Below are positions 1 to 11,338 of a stretch of DNA of 64,000 bases, piece by piece. A program made the translations under genes and the position numbers. Below the pieces are notes generated by a model. It ran no database searches. It was given only the letters and a program-made list of their open reading frames with translations, and was not told the origin of the DNA. Origin of the DNA: an uncultured delta proteobacterium (GTDB taxonomy: Bacteria > Desulfobacterota > WTBG01 > CAIYCZ01 > CAIRTM01); the NCBI GenBank assembly GCA_963804955.1, contig CAWDSQ010000007.1, positions 416,001-480,000 on the forward strand. Reading direction: 5' to 3'. Position 1 is the first letter of the stretch. Every line of letters starts with the position of its first letter.

Positions 1-959
1 CACGCCTGTCTCAGAATCCAAAACGGCGCCGGACATAACCGCTTCAATACCCTCAGCATGCACTGCAGCAAGCTCTGCATCAGAGGCTACGGGGTTGGTG
101 CTGTTGTCGATCGGGACCTGGGCATCCTGCGCGGGCGCCCCCAGCGTTGCCGTCCATCCCGCCGGTTCGGTGGGATATGACCTTTCCATAAGATTTGTAT
201 AATCATTGACCCATACAAGCGGGATAGCAGTGTTATGCTCCTCATTCCACTGATTGATCACCTGTTTGGCCAGCTGGATAACATCATAGGTTTTGGAAAA
301 TCGAACTCCGCCAACGGTCAAATCAATGGCAATTATTTTAGACACCTTTTTTTTCAGCAGCCGTTCCACCGGGCCGTCAACATTATACCGCTCAGGATCG
401 CAGTTTTCCCAGGGCCCGTCGGTTTCATCTTCGCCACAATAGGTGCAGGCGTCTCCTGTGCCGGAGGGCGGATTGTACATGTGCCGGGGGTAGGGGTAGT
501 GCTGCACATCATCACCAACCATCCAGCCGGCCCAGTCAAACACAAAGGTAAAGCCATTCCTCCATCCCTGCCGCCAGCAGCTCCTTTTGCATATCCTTCA
601 TTTGCCGCATGCTGATTTCCGGTAAAGGGATCAACCCCCCCGATCCTCGGATATTCAAATTCATATTTCAAAAGATATTTTTTTGCGATTTCCTGCTGCA
701 AAACAATTCCCCACATTGAAGCACTATAGATTATGCCATTAGCCGGGTGATTCGGGTTGTAGGAAAACTGCTGCATGGCGCTGTCCCACACATATTGCGG
801 CTGAACAGTATCCATCCCGCCATGGATAACAAACAGCACCCCCACTTTTTCTGTATTCAGGCAGGAACTCCCCACAGATAACAGCAGAAAGGAAAAAAAC
901 AGCAGGAAAAAAACCCTGAATTTAGCAGGTAAGCCCTTATGGATTTTTTTATTGTTCAT
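1..959 (-). CDS. Exported/lipoprotein hypothetical protein with chelatase-like N-terminus; frameshifted near 620, runs off left edge
   Basis: Hydrophobic N-terminus ending GSSC, then VGVLFVIHGG and YPRIGGVDPF, reminiscent of ferrochelatase-fold proteins; another frame stays open to base 1. Confidence 0.5.
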
Positions 960-1276
960 CCGTTTAAATACTCGCGGTAACCCTGACAATGCATTTCATG
1001 CCGCCTCCATTCTTTAATTTCTGGTTGCCTGAATTAAGCATTAGAATTGAGATATTTCCATACTCACGAGAGGGCGCTCCAAAAAACTTAAAAAAATGAA
1101 TTATTAGCTTATGATTACCATTTTAACATGCAAAGTCAAGGGTGCGCTTCTTCAAGCAGATTGAGCCTGCAAAAGCTTCCATTGTATTGAACGGAGGCCA
1201 ACGGACTGATTTTTTTTGACCCGATTGCCTGTCGAGCCGCAGGCCGGCAAACATGCGTTTTCAGCAAACACGCAGG

Positions 1277-2684
1277 CTAGAGCGCTTTTGCTTTGTGCTC
1301 CGCTAAATCATTATTTATACTTCCTCTCGCCATGAAGAGCCAAATGGCCAGCACAAGGTTGGCTGCGCCTTTCAGACCGAATGCCCAGCCCGGTCCGAGA
1401 ACGTCAAACAGATATCCTCCAAGCTGGAGAAAAAAGAGCATGCCAATGGGCTGCATGGTGTTAAGCCCACCCAGAATAGACCCTACCAGCGCCTTGGGAG
1501 AAACATCGGTTGCCATGGTGTTGGCGCCTGCAATGGAGCCCGCAATCCCGACTCCCACCAGCACAACGGCAAAATAGGTCAGTCCTGCAAAGGGCCCCGG
1601 GCCGCTTGCAATAATGACAAGACCGATGCCCCCTGATAAAAGCGTGAGCATGATTGTTGAAAGCCGGCCCCATTTGTCAAGCATAATGCCGACAAAGGGA
1701 AATGCGATAAATGTGACAACGCTCATAATAATCATCGGGATAGCGCCTTTTTGGGTTGCCGCCTCGGAGGTGAGTTGAAGTTTGTCACCCAGTTGCACCG
1801 CCCATGAAATAATAAATGTCGCCATAACAGTAATGTCGGCGCGGCTGATAAGCGAGCATAAGTAGCTTGATTTGAGCGCGGGGCTTTGCATAACCAGGCG
1901 CGCAACCTCCTTGAAGCCTTTTTTGTCTTCCTTTTTTAGTTTCGGGAAGCCGCTCCTTGAGAAATACCAGGGTGCAAACAAGACCGAAAAGCGCCATGCA
2001 TGATGCAAGAAAAAACAGTCCCTGCACGCCGCTCTTGCGTCCGATTGGAGCAATGGCGGCAAAAATGATTATGCTTGCCAGCCCCATCATGATGCCGTTG
2101 AGCGCCATGCCCTTGCCGCGATCCTTTTCGCGGGTATAATCGGCTACCATGGTTATAAATTGGGGGTATACAAGGATCAGGCTAATGCCAAGGAACAGGC
2201 GCAGTACGTAAGCAGTGAAAAGCCCGGGGCCAAAGGCCAGAAACTCTTCGGACCGGGAAGGCGCGAAGCTCAGGAAAGCGCAGATCTTTGAAGAAAAGCC
2301 GGCGGGGATATTCAAAGCGGCGGCAATATCATTTGATAAGCCAAACAGGTAATAAAATACTATTGCAGCAGCAAACCCCAGTAGTGCAAGGATTTTTCTA
2401 CCCGTTTTATCGGACATATATCCGATGATTCCGACAAATACAAGAGTGGCGATCTGACTCATGTTCTGTAAAAAGCCGTTGGTTAATCCGAAAAAATCCG
2501 GGGGGATTTTGATTACATCCTTAAGAAAAGCCGGCTGAATGATTGCCGGCATTACCATCAGCATGCCGATAATAAGCGTATTCACGTACAGAAAAAAGAA
2601 GTTGGTTTTGGTAAGATCGGACGGCACTTCGATTCCGGCAAATTTGTTCGGCTTATTCTTTTCTTGCATTGCCTCTCCTTCCAT
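1277..2684 (-). CDS. MFS transporter (one frameshift near 1935)
   Basis: ORFs 1785-2684 and 1277-2062 join into a multi-TM protein with motif A in both halves (GYMSDKTGRK; GIMLDKWGR). Confidence 0.85.
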
Positions 2685-3161
2685 AGCTTGTTTTTAATAT
2701 CGCTCGCATGTCTGATTGTTTTCACCTTTTAATCCTGTCGACGGATGAAGTCAACAAAAAACATTCAGTATGAATTATTCTATTGACACACTAATCTGCC
2801 GTGTTAGATTAAATTGCTCTGCCGGAATACGTTAAGATTTTTCCATGCTGATTACTTTGCCGGTCTCCAGCCGGGCTTGCTTTTAAATGTTTAATGGTTT
2901 AATTTTTTAAAAATTGAAATAAAAATAAACAATTTAATTGCCGCCTAAAACCATTCAAAAATCATATGGCCGTGCATTGCCGTGCCGCACAGCACCTTGA
3001 TAAAAGCCGGTCTCATGCGGAATTTAGAACATTATTCTTTTTTACTTTAGACTTGCTTTTTTCTGTCATATCAACCGAAGGGAGCGATTTTAAAATTTCC
3101 AGCCGCCCTCGAAATGGAACGATGCGGCTACACCATAAAGAAAATGCTCCACAATAATCAT

Positions 3162-5117
3162 ATGGATCATCATAAACAAAAACTCTGCGGCTGGGTTGGC
3201 AAGATACTGAAGGTTGATCTGACGCATGAGCAGATCGAAATACTTGACACCATGGCCTATGCCGAAAAATTTCTGGGCGGCCTGGGGATCGGGCAGAAGC
3301 TGTACTGGGACCACGCTGCCTGGGGGGCTGATGCCTTTGACGAGCAGCAGCCCCTTATCTTCATGACCGGCCCGCTTGCGGCAACGCCTGCGCCCAGCGC
3401 GCCGCGGCTGTCCATCTGCGGCAAGTCGCCCTGCATCTATCCCGAAACATTCGTGAGCGCAAGCCTGGGCGGTTTTTTTGCCCCTGAGCTGAAGAAAGCA
3501 GGTTTTGACGGCATCATCGTTGTGGGCCGTGCAGACGGGGCCGTGCATATTCATATCGAGGACGGCGCTGTCGAGATACGGGAGGCGTCGCAGCTCTGGG
3601 GCCTGGGGAATCTCACAACCCATGAGCTTTTGAAAAATCAGTTCGGCAAAAATGTGCGCATTCTTTCCATCGGCCCGGGCGGGGAAAACCGCACACGCTA
3701 TGGCATTATCTATACGGATGTTGCGGGCGCGGCCTCCATGGGGTTTGGCTCGGTCATGGGCGCGAAAAACCTCAAGGCCATCACGGTGAAAGGCACGGGC
3801 TCCGTGGCTGTTGCCGATGCCGGGGCGGTCAAGCAGATACGCAAGCGTTTTTCCGAGATGACCGGCACGGGATTTTACAACCTGTTCGGCAACCCCATTA
3901 TACTGCCGGGCATGACGGTGGTGAAGAAGGCGCACTGCCACGGCTGCCCGCAGGGCTGCTGGCGCACCGTGCAGCAGAGCGCCTCGGGAGCGCAGGACAT
4001 TCGCAAGTGCCAGACCAATCTTTTTTATGCCCTGTGGGACAGAAAGCTGCACGGCCAGATCACCGAGGCGAGCTTTCAAGCCGCCACGCTTGCAAACGAT
4101 TACGGCCTGTGCGTGCTTGACTTGGGGCGCCTCATGTCCTGGCTCGATAAATGCATCACCGCGGGCGTGCTGACAGAAAAAAATACCGAGCTGCCCATGG
4201 CGCAGATGGGCAGCTCGGAGTTTTTAGAGGACCTGCTGAAAAAAATCTGCTCCCGCCGGGGATTCGGCAGCGTGCTTGCCGAGGGCGCTATCCGGGCGTC
4301 GGAAAATGTGGGCGGGGAAGCCCGCGAGATCACGCTCAATATGTTTACGCAAACGGGCCGTGCTATTGCCTATGGGCCCAAGGTGTTTGTGCTCTCAGCG
4401 CTCATCTACGCCCTTGAACCGCGGCCCTTCATTACCGAATTGCATGAGGTGTGCGAGCCCCTCACCAAGTGGGGCCGGTGGCACACGAAAACCGATGAGA
4501 AGTCCTATATGTCAACCGATGTTATCCGCCGGATCGGCAAAGCGTTCTGGGGAGGGGAAAAGGCGGCTGATTTTTCAACCTATGAAGGCAAAGCAAAGGC
4601 CTCGGCCCTCATTCAGAACCGGCAGTATATAAAAGAGTCTCTTGTCCTGTGCGATTTTGCCTGGCCGGTGTATGATGATGCTTCCACTGAAGATCATGTG
4701 GGAGATCCCGGGCTTGAAGGCAAGCTTCTGTCAGCGGTGACCGGCTGGGAAATTGATGAGGCGGGGCTGAACCGGTTTGCCGAGCGCATCATTGCCCTGA
4801 ACCGGGCAATACTTCTGCGTGAGGGCCGCCGGGGCAGGCAGGATGATATTTTGCCTGAATTCTTTTTTATCGAGAGAGATGAATTCATCGCCGATGTGTT
4901 CGGTATGCACAACCCGCAGCTGCTGCTGCCTGGCGCGGGCGACGAGGTCATTTCTCGGCGCGGCAAGGCCGTTGACCGGCAGGGGTTTGAAAAGCTTCTG
5001 GACGACTATTACGGCCTGCGGGGCTGGGATGAAAAGACCGGCTATATAAAAAAAGAAACGCTTATAGACCTTGACCTTGCCGACTGCGTGGAGCCCCTGG
5101 GGGAGAAGGCGGTATAG
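3162..5117 (+). CDS. Aldehyde:ferredoxin oxidoreductase family (W/Mo-pterin)
   Basis: GKILKVDLT, GKSP, GGFFAPELKKAGFDGI, GSVMGAKNLKAI, CHGCPQGC, YYGLRGWD motifs. Confidence 0.92.
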   Translation: MDHHKQKLCGWVGKILKVDLTHEQIEILDTMAYAEKFLGGLGIGQKLYWDHAAWGADAFDEQQPLIFMTGPLAATPAPSAPRLSICGKSPCIYPETFVSASLGGFFAPELKKAGFDGIIVVGRADGAVHIHIEDGAVEIREASQLWGLGNLTTHELLKNQFGKNVRILSIGPGGENRTRYGIIYTDVAGAASMGFGSVMGAKNLKAITVKGTGSVAVADAGAVKQIRKRFSEMTGTGFYNLFGNPIILPGMTVVKKAHCHGCPQGCWRTVQQSASGAQDIRKCQTNLFYALWDRKLHGQITEASFQAATLANDYGLCVLDLGRLMSWLDKCITAGVLTEKNTELPMAQMGSSEFLEDLLKKICSRRGFGSVLAEGAIRASENVGGEAREITLNMFTQTGRAIAYGPKVFVLSALIYALEPRPFITELHEVCEPLTKWGRWHTKTDEKSYMSTDVIRRIGKAFWGGEKAADFSTYEGKAKASALIQNRQYIKESLVLCDFAWPVYDDASTEDHVGDPGLEGKLLSAVTGWEIDEAGLNRFAERIIALNRAILLREGRRGRQDDILPEFFFIERDEFIADVFGMHNPQLLLPGAGDEVISRRGKAVDRQGFEKLLDDYYGLRGWDEKTGYIKKETLIDLDLADCVEPLGEKAV

Positions 5118-5494
5118 CTCAGTGTCTCTCATCAAAGACTTTGGGTTATTAGCACCGGAGCTAGTGAAGTCCCGGAAGGATGCACCCCGGCAGCAACCGC
5201 ATTCAAAGAATGCAATCAAAAATACATATCCCAGCCGCAGGCAACATATTTATGGTAAAGCTCCTGTACGTAAAATTTTCCGTACCCGAGCACCCCGACA
5301 AATCCTATGGGCAATACATACAGGCCGCATTCGTTCTGGCTGTGCAGCAGGGCAGAGCTTCCGACCCCCCCGCACAAAGCCACCGCTGCGCACAGCAAAA
5401 TAACGTGCTTGTTATCATCGGCCCAGACGGGATAAATATGTTTATTCCAAAGGTGGCGTTGTTCCCTCATGGCTCAACCCTGCTGTTTAAAAAC

Positions 5495-5965
5495 TCAGTC
5501 GCCTTTGACAATAACTTTTCCCTTAAATTCCTGAATCCTCTGCCTCTCGCTCAACATCTGTGTATATGCTCTGGGCACTTTGCGTGCCACAAAATTGAAT
5601 TCGCCGGGCTCTATAAAGCACATGCTGGCGACGGCCCCGGTCGGTATGCGGTCGGATATAAAGAAGCCCTCTTCAGTGAGCACAAAATGCACCGGATTTT
5701 TGCACGCCAGGCTCACCTGCTTACCCTCAAATTGCAGCTCAACAGGTTCCTTGGATTCGTTGACCCAGACAACAGTGGAGCCGGGCTTAACCGTTAAGCT
5801 TTCAGGCATAACCGCCCCGGAATAATGGATGCGAATTATCTGGTGAATGTTAATATTTTTTTCCGGCACAATTTTCTCTTGAATTTTCTCCTTCTGGGCA
5901 GCTGCGATAGTAGCAGATGCCAAAACTGCAAGGCAGGTTAAAAGCACTAGATATTTTTTTTTCAT
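5495..5965 (-). CDS. Secreted cupredoxin-fold-like protein
   Basis: Signal peptide MKKKYLVLL...AAA; PESLTVKPGSTVVWVN, F-x-x-PGEF and GKVIV pattern; GGAGG RBS. Confidence 0.65.
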   Translation of the reverse strand: MKKKYLVLLTCLAVLASATIAAAQKEKIQEKIVPEKNINIHQIIRIHYSGAVMPESLTVKPGSTVVWVNESKEPVELQFEGKQVSLACKNPVHFVLTEEGFFISDRIPTGAVASMCFIEPGEFNFVARKVPRAYTQMLSERQRIQEFKGKVIVKGD

Positions 5966-6040
5966 GGCTCCCTCCTTCATAAAGTTAATCTGTTTTGAAC
6001 TCTCTGTACTGCAGGCAATTCCCACGAAGCCCGACAGCTG

Positions 6041-7390
6041 TCATCGGCTGGACATCGTAGTCGGGAATCCTGAGCGGATGCAGCCGTTAAAAATTGTTTC
6101 AAGGGGCTCGGTGCGCATTTTTTTAAGTTTCTTAAAAACATCCGGGCGCTCGCTGGAAACCGCCGGCATGATTTCCGCCATGGCTGCCGCTACAATTTTC
6201 GGAGTTTCATAAGGATCAAGAATGCTTCGCAGCGTTTTGGTTATTTTGCTGAGCAGGTAGTCGATGTCGTCGATGCTCAGGCAGTAGGGCATAACCGCAT
6301 TGCGGATCATATCACGGTGATCGAGCTTGTTGATGATCTCATCACGCCACCAGTCAAGATAGACGAATACGCCTTCGCGGGATATGTTGCCTTCGGTCAG
6401 CGCATATTTGACGGCGTTGGCAGCCTTCCAGCCACTGATAATTGCGCCGGTCATTTCGGCTTCCTGGCACCACACCGCATCCGATACCAGCAGTACCTGA
6501 TCCTTATACGGATCAACGATGTGGGAATACATGTTTCCCATAATCGACAAGGGCCGGACCTTTTCGGCATTTTTGAACCAGGGGGCAAAGTGACTCTTTT
6601 TGATAAAACGCTCAAAGGCTCCCTGGACATCCGAGCCCGGATGCGTGCAGCTGATGAACGGGAAATAGGTCTCTCCGTCGGCCCGGGGGGTCATCCAGAT
6701 GCGCATCGGGGTTTTTTCTTCGAGGAAAATTTGAAAAAGAGCATATTTTTCAGAGGGTTCAACACCCACCATTTCATAACCGTAACTGGTGCTCGTACCG
6801 TAATATTTGCGCTCCCGGTTTTTTTCGAGGGTTTTGGCAAGCCGGGAAGCCCGCCCGTCAGCACCGATAACGAAGGTGCCGATAAATTTAGTCCCTTCCC
6901 GTGTATACACGGTAACGGAACCGTTTTTGGTTTCCGAACCAATAACATTATGGGAAGGAAACACGTCGACATGATACTGCTCGCATTCCCTAAGCAGACT
7001 TTTCAGCAAAGCGCTTTTGTCATAGGTGGCGCTGATCCGGCCCCGGTCGCCCATGCTTTCGTTTTTTTGATAATCCCCAAGCTGAATTTTGTTTCCTTTG
7101 TAGGAATAAATCGACCAGGAATAAAAATTCTGATGCCTGCCGTCATAGGGAATCGAAAACCCGTACCCCGGAAAGCAGAGCCGGTTGTCCCGAGTATTGA
7201 TCGAAACGCGTTCGCCCAGATAGCGCCCGGTCAGCGTGACGACCATCATGCTGCAGGCCCGGTTGATATCCGTAATGTTTTTCTTTCTTTCGATAAGTGC
7301 TGTTTTCAGGCCCATTTCACCTGCAGTTTTTGCTGCCATCAGGCCTGCCGGGCCGGCGCCGACAATAATGACGTCGTATCCTTTTGCCAT
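6041..7390 (-). CDS. FAD-dependent oxidoreductase, geranylgeranyl reductase family
   Basis: YDVIIVGAGPAG, VIGADG and LLVSDA motifs; 449 aa. Confidence 0.85.
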   Translation of the reverse strand: MAKGYDVIIVGAGPAGLMAAKTAGEMGLKTALIERKKNITDINRACSMMVVTLTGRYLGERVSINTRDNRLCFPGYGFSIPYDGRHQNFYSWSIYSYKGNKIQLGDYQKNESMGDRGRISATYDKSALLKSLLRECEQYHVDVFPSHNVIGSETKNGSVTVYTREGTKFIGTFVIGADGRASRLAKTLEKNRERKYYGTSTSYGYEMVGVEPSEKYALFQIFLEEKTPMRIWMTPRADGETYFPFISCTHPGSDVQGAFERFIKKSHFAPWFKNAEKVRPLSIMGNMYSHIVDPYKDQVLLVSDAVWCQEAEMTGAIISGWKAANAVKYALTEGNISREGVFVYLDWWRDEIINKLDHRDMIRNAVMPYCLSIDDIDYLLSKITKTLRSILDPYETPKIVAAAMAEIMPAVSSERPDVFKKLKKMRTEPLETIFNGCIRSGFPTTMSSR

Positions 7391-7512
7391 ATCAGTTCCT
7401 TTACATAAAAGCGCGAAAGTTCAGTGGCCCATCAAAGTAGTTCTTTAGAATACTTCTTTATACCAACTAAATCGAACTGTCAATAGTTTATCGACTTTTT
7501 AGCTGTTCCCCC

Positions 7513-7761
7513 AGTACTCTGTCATAATTTATTTTGTATCCACCCCACCCAGCCTCCCCTGTCCAGGAGGCTGGGTCGCAATTAAATAGTGCTGTCATCC
7601 TGAGTGAAACGAAGGATCTCTGACGTAATAAAAGTACATGGTTTTAATGAAAGAACGAGATTCTTCGTCGCTGCGGCTCCTCAGAATGACATTTATTTGT
7701 ATTGCGACACAGTCTCCAGGGGAGGTGGATGAACTCCTAAAGAATAAATTGACAAGGTACT
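7513..7761. mobile_element. Nested miniature inverted-repeat elements (outer 7513-7761, inner 7567-7716)
   Basis: Outer imperfect TIRs AGTACTCTGTCATAATTTATT/AATAAATTGACAAGGTACT; inner 16-bp TIRs (14/16 match) flanked by CAG duplication. Confidence 0.65.
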
Positions 7762-8123
7762 AGTTCCTTTTTTTTGGGCTGTCATGCCGGAGCCAAAGAC
7801 TCCTGTTATTTGACAGAGCTCCCCGAAACACCGAAATTTTCCGAACGGCCCTTCGCGAAAGGCTGATGTTTAAACATGAGCAACTCAGAAAAAAACCCCG
7901 AAACTGCGCCTGAAAAAAAGCTGCTCATTGCACTATCGGGCTTTTAAAAATAGTGGGTCCCCAGTGCGAATTCATGTAAGCCCTATCCGGGCTGGAGCGG
8001 GTGTTGCATTGATTGTAGTGTATTTAGACCCCCGTTTTTTGTCCCGCTATCCCCATCTTGACATCAAAGCAGAGTGTGCTAATATTCAAAAAATTATTGT
8101 GCCTGCGGCATTCTGCAACATAT

Positions 8124-8210
8124 GCCGGTGTGGTGGAATTGGTAGACGCAGAGGACTCAAAATCCTCCGTCCGCAAGGATGTGTCGGTTCGAGTCCGACC
8201 ACCGGCACCA
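8124..8210 (+). tRNA. tRNA-Leu(CAA)
   Basis: GCCGGTG acceptor stem, anticodon loop CTCAAAA, long variable arm, GGTTCGAGTCC T-arm, encoded CCA. Confidence 0.97.
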
Positions 8211-8212
8211 GT

Positions 8213-8254
8213 AAAAAAAGGGGTTTAAGCTTTATCGGCTTAAACCCCTTTTTT
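8213..8254 (+). terminator. Intrinsic terminator after tRNA-Leu (bidirectional form)
   Basis: A-run, GGGGTTTAAGC-loop-GCTTAAACCCC, T-run. Confidence 0.85.
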
Positions 8255-8378
8255 GTTGTTCCGGCAGAGGGCGATACACGCTCCCCTGCATTATTTCTAA
8301 TAAATACCGGCGGCTTTAATAACCGACTGAACATGGAGCCCCTGTCGTTCACGGGAGTTGAAAAAAATCGATGTATGA

Positions 8379-8509
8379 CAGGGCTGTTCAAAAATGCTCA
8401 GATGCAAGGCGCGCGAAATCATGCGCCACATGAAGGCGTCCTTTTTGTACGCCGCAGTGAAGACATAATAGAGCTGCAACGCAGCAGATGGGCGTTTTTC
8501 AACAGCCTG
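8379..8509. mobile_element. MITE-like element abutting uvrB stop
   Basis: Imperfect TIRs CAGGGCTGTTCAAAAA / TTTTTCAACAGCCTG, non-coding interior. Confidence 0.55.
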
Positions 8510-10501
8510 CTAGCGCAGCTCCAGATCCTGCCGTTCAAGCTCATAAAGCTGATCGCGCAGCTCGGCTGCCTTTTCAAACTCAAGGCTCCGTGCCGCCTCC
8601 ATCATTTCCTTCTTCAATTTTTTTATCAGCTTCGGGATATCTTTCGGCGCTTTGTACAGGGCCTTCCGCTCAGCGGCCACGGGCACCGTCACATAATCCA
8701 TTTCATAGACCGTGCCGAGTATGTTCCTGATGTCCTTTTTGATCGACTCGGGCGTGATGCCGTGCTCGGCATTATAGGCAGCCTGAATGATGCGCCGGCG
8801 GGCTGTTTCCCGCAGGGTGGTCTGTATGCTGCGGGTCATGATATCGGCATACAGAATAACGCGGCCGTCAACATTGCGGGCCGTGCGGCCGCAGGTCTGT
8901 ATCAGCGCCCGCTCCGAGCGCAGAAAGCCCTCCTTGTCTGCATCGAGTATGGCGACAAGCGACACCTCGGGCAGGTCAAGGCCCTCGCGCAGCAGGTTGA
9001 TGCCGATGAGCACGTCGAATTTCCCGAGGCGCAGGTTCCTCAGAATCTCGATCCTCTCGAGCGTGTCCACCTCCGAGTGCAGATACTCAACCCGCACGCC
9101 CAGCTCACGGTAGTAGTCTGTCAAATCCTCCGACATGCGCTTGGTGAGCGTGGTGACAAGGGTTCTGTCGCCCTTTGCGGTCTGGCTGCGAATTTCGGCA
9201 AGCAGATCGTCGATCTGGCCCGTGACGGGCCGCACCTCGATCTGCGGGTCCATAAGGCCCGTTGGCCGGATCACCTGCTCCGCCACAATGCCGCCTGCCT
9301 GTGTAAGCTCGTACTCGGCCGGCGTTGCCGAGACATAGACTATCTGCTTCATTTTTTTTTCAAATTCCTCGAACATGAGGGGCCGGTTGTCCAGGGCCGA
9401 CGGCAGGCGAAAGCCGAAATCAACCAGCGTCTGCTTGCGGGACCGGTCACCGAAATACATGCCCCTGATCTGGGGCACCGAAATATGGCTCTCGTCGATG
9501 ATCAGCAGAAAATCCTCGGGGAAATAGTCAAACAGCACCCATGGCGGCTCGCCGGGCATGCGGCCGTCCATGTGGCGCGAATAATTTTCGATGCCGTTGC
9601 AGTAGCCCATGTTCTCGATCATTTCAAGGTCATAGAGCGTCCGCTCTTTGATACGCTGGGCCTCGATAAGCTTGCCGTTTGCCTTGAAGGACTCCATGCA
9701 TCCGGCAAGCTCCCGGCGTATGAGCCCGGCCGCCCGCTTGAGATTGTCCTGCGAGGTAACATAGTGGCTGTTGGGGTAGATATGCATATGTCCCGCAGCG
9801 CGCAGCACTCTGCCCGTGAGAGGGTCGATCTCGGATATGGCATCGATCGTGTCGCCGAAAAACTCGACGCGCACTGCCGTATCCTGCTGGTAGGAAGGAA
9901 ATATCTCGACGCAGTCGCCGCGCACGCGAAATGTGCCGCGGTGAAAGTCGAAATCGTTGCGCTCATACTGTATGGCCACCAGCCCCGCCAGAAACTCGTC
10001 GCGCGGCATATCAGCCCGGTCGCGCACCAGCAGCAGCTGGTTGCGGTACTCCTGCGGCGACCCGAGGGCATAAATGCAGGATACGCTTGCCACCACGATC
10101 ACGTCCCGGCGCTGAAGCAGGGAGGCCGTGGCAGAGTGGCGCATGCGGTCAATCTCCTCGTTGATGGAGGAATCCTTTGCAATATAGGTGTCGGAAACCG
10201 GAAGATAGGCTTCGGGCTGATAGTAATCATAGTAGCTGACGAAATACTCCACGGCATTGCGCGGAAACAGCTCCTTGAACTCGCCGTACAGCTGGGCCGC
10301 AAGGGTTTTGTTGGGCGCCAGCACCAGCGTCGGCTTCTGCGTGCGCTGTATGACATGCGCCATGGTAAAAGTCTTGCCCGAGCCCGTGACACCCAGCAGC
10401 ACCTGATGCGGCGCCCCGCTGAGAACGCCCCGGGAAAGCTGCTCTATAGCCTGCGGCTGGTCGCCCCGCGGCTGGTAATCGGATACAAGCTGAAAATCCA
10501 T
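8510..10501 (-). CDS. uvrB: Excinuclease ABC subunit B
   Basis: [24 protein letters not shown]-terminal UVR motif FEKAAELRD. Confidence 0.99.
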   Translation of the reverse strand: MDFQLVSDYQPRGDQPQAIEQLSRGVLSGAPHQVLLGVTGSGKTFTMAHVIQRTQKPTLVLAPNKTLAAQLYGEFKELFPRNAVEYFVSYYDYYQPEAYLPVSDTYIAKDSSINEEIDRMRHSATASLLQRRDVIVVASVSCIYALGSPQEYRNQLLLVRDRADMPRDEFLAGLVAIQYERNDFDFHRGTFRVRGDCVEIFPSYQQDTAVRVEFFGDTIDAISEIDPLTGRVLRAAGHMHIYPNSHYVTSQDNLKRAAGLIRRELAGCMESFKANGKLIEAQRIKERTLYDLEMIENMGYCNGIENYSRHMDGRMPGEPPWVLFDYFPEDFLLIIDESHISVPQIRGMYFGDRSRKQTLVDFGFRLPSALDNRPLMFEEFEKKMKQIVYVSATPAEYELTQAGGIVAEQVIRPTGLMDPQIEVRPVTGQIDDLLAEIRSQTAKGDRTLVTTLTKRMSEDLTDYYRELGVRVEYLHSEVDTLERIEILRNLRLGKFDVLIGINLLREGLDLPEVSLVAILDADKEGFLRSERALIQTCGRTARNVDGRVILYADIMTRSIQTTLRETARRRIIQAAYNAEHGITPESIKKDIRNILGTVYEMDYVTVPVAAERKALYKAPKDIPKLIKKLKKEMMEAARSLEFEKAAELRDQLYELERQDLELR

Positions 10502-10568
10502 ACGATGCCGTTGTTCTGCTAATTCTTTAACTCGCGGTTTAATTTTTTACCGGCTTCCTGCCTTGTAG

Positions 10569-10831
10569 AAGTTGTGTCGGAATTACTTATTTTTTTCATC
10601 TTTCATCCCCCTTTGAAAAAGGGGGAATTTTTCAGCCCCCTCTTTTGTGCGGCTTTGCACTGTAGGGTTTCCGTTCAACAACTAATTAGTTCCTGAACGA
10701 AAACTCTTTTTTTACGTCCGTGTCATCTCGACCGAAGGGAGAGCTCTTTGTTTTTGCAGTAGATTTCTCAGCCGCTCTGCTCCTTCGAAATGACAATCAT
10801 TGCGAACAAGGAGGTTTCCGTTCAACAACTA
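10569..10831. mobile_element. Two tandem MITE-like elements sharing a TIR family
   Basis: GTTTCCGTTCAACAACTA at 10667 and 10814; near-inverted copy TAGTTCCTGAACGAAAAC at 10687; REP-like hairpins inside. Confidence 0.6.
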
Positions 10832-10986
10832 ACTATAGGGCAAGGCTGTGGTGGTGTCAAACAGAAGCCGTCATGCCAGTGCGTTCAGGCTGTTCAAGCA
10901 ATGTCTGCTCCGTATGCATCGGCTTTAAAAAGCGGGTTGCTTATCGAAAAAACAACCCCTCCGTCCTCATAGCCTAAAATTTTATC

Positions 10987-11228
10987 TGGTTATCTCCAAA
11001 GCTGAACTAACCCCTTATTCTGGACACCAGCGTATGTACCCTTTGTCGTAATTGCTCTTGCTGTCATTTCGAATCCCGCTGAAAGCGGGATGAGAAATCC
11101 TAACGCCATAATTTCACTTCAGTCTAAGATTGATGCGAGTACGCAACCTGCGGACTCCTGCGGTCGAAATGGCAAAATTGTGCGATGAAATTAACGACCA
11201 TACACAGGTTCAGCTTTGGAGATAACCA
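10987..11228. mobile_element. MITE with perfect 21-bp TIRs
   Basis: TGGTTATCTCCAAAGCTGAAC / GTTCAGCTTTGGAGATAACCA; related copy ends at 44061. Confidence 0.75.
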
Positions 11229-11338
11229 TAAAATTTTAAATGCTTTGTTTTTCACACAAGCGATACTTTTCTTGACATCCCATCAATGTCATATTAGTAT
11301 AAATTTTAAACAAAAGAATTAATTTTCGGTAAAAATTT

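Noticed and set aside
5216..5470. 84-aa minus-strand ORF after the cupredoxin-like gene
   Set aside because: Plausible position but no recognisable motif and possibly frameshifted; cannot support a call
8124..8260. tRNA-Leu as an island integration site
   Set aside because: No integrase and no duplicated tRNA 3' end seen in the window
7928..10522. 864-aa plus-strand ORF
   Set aside because: Antisense shadow of uvrB that also spans the tRNA; no motifs
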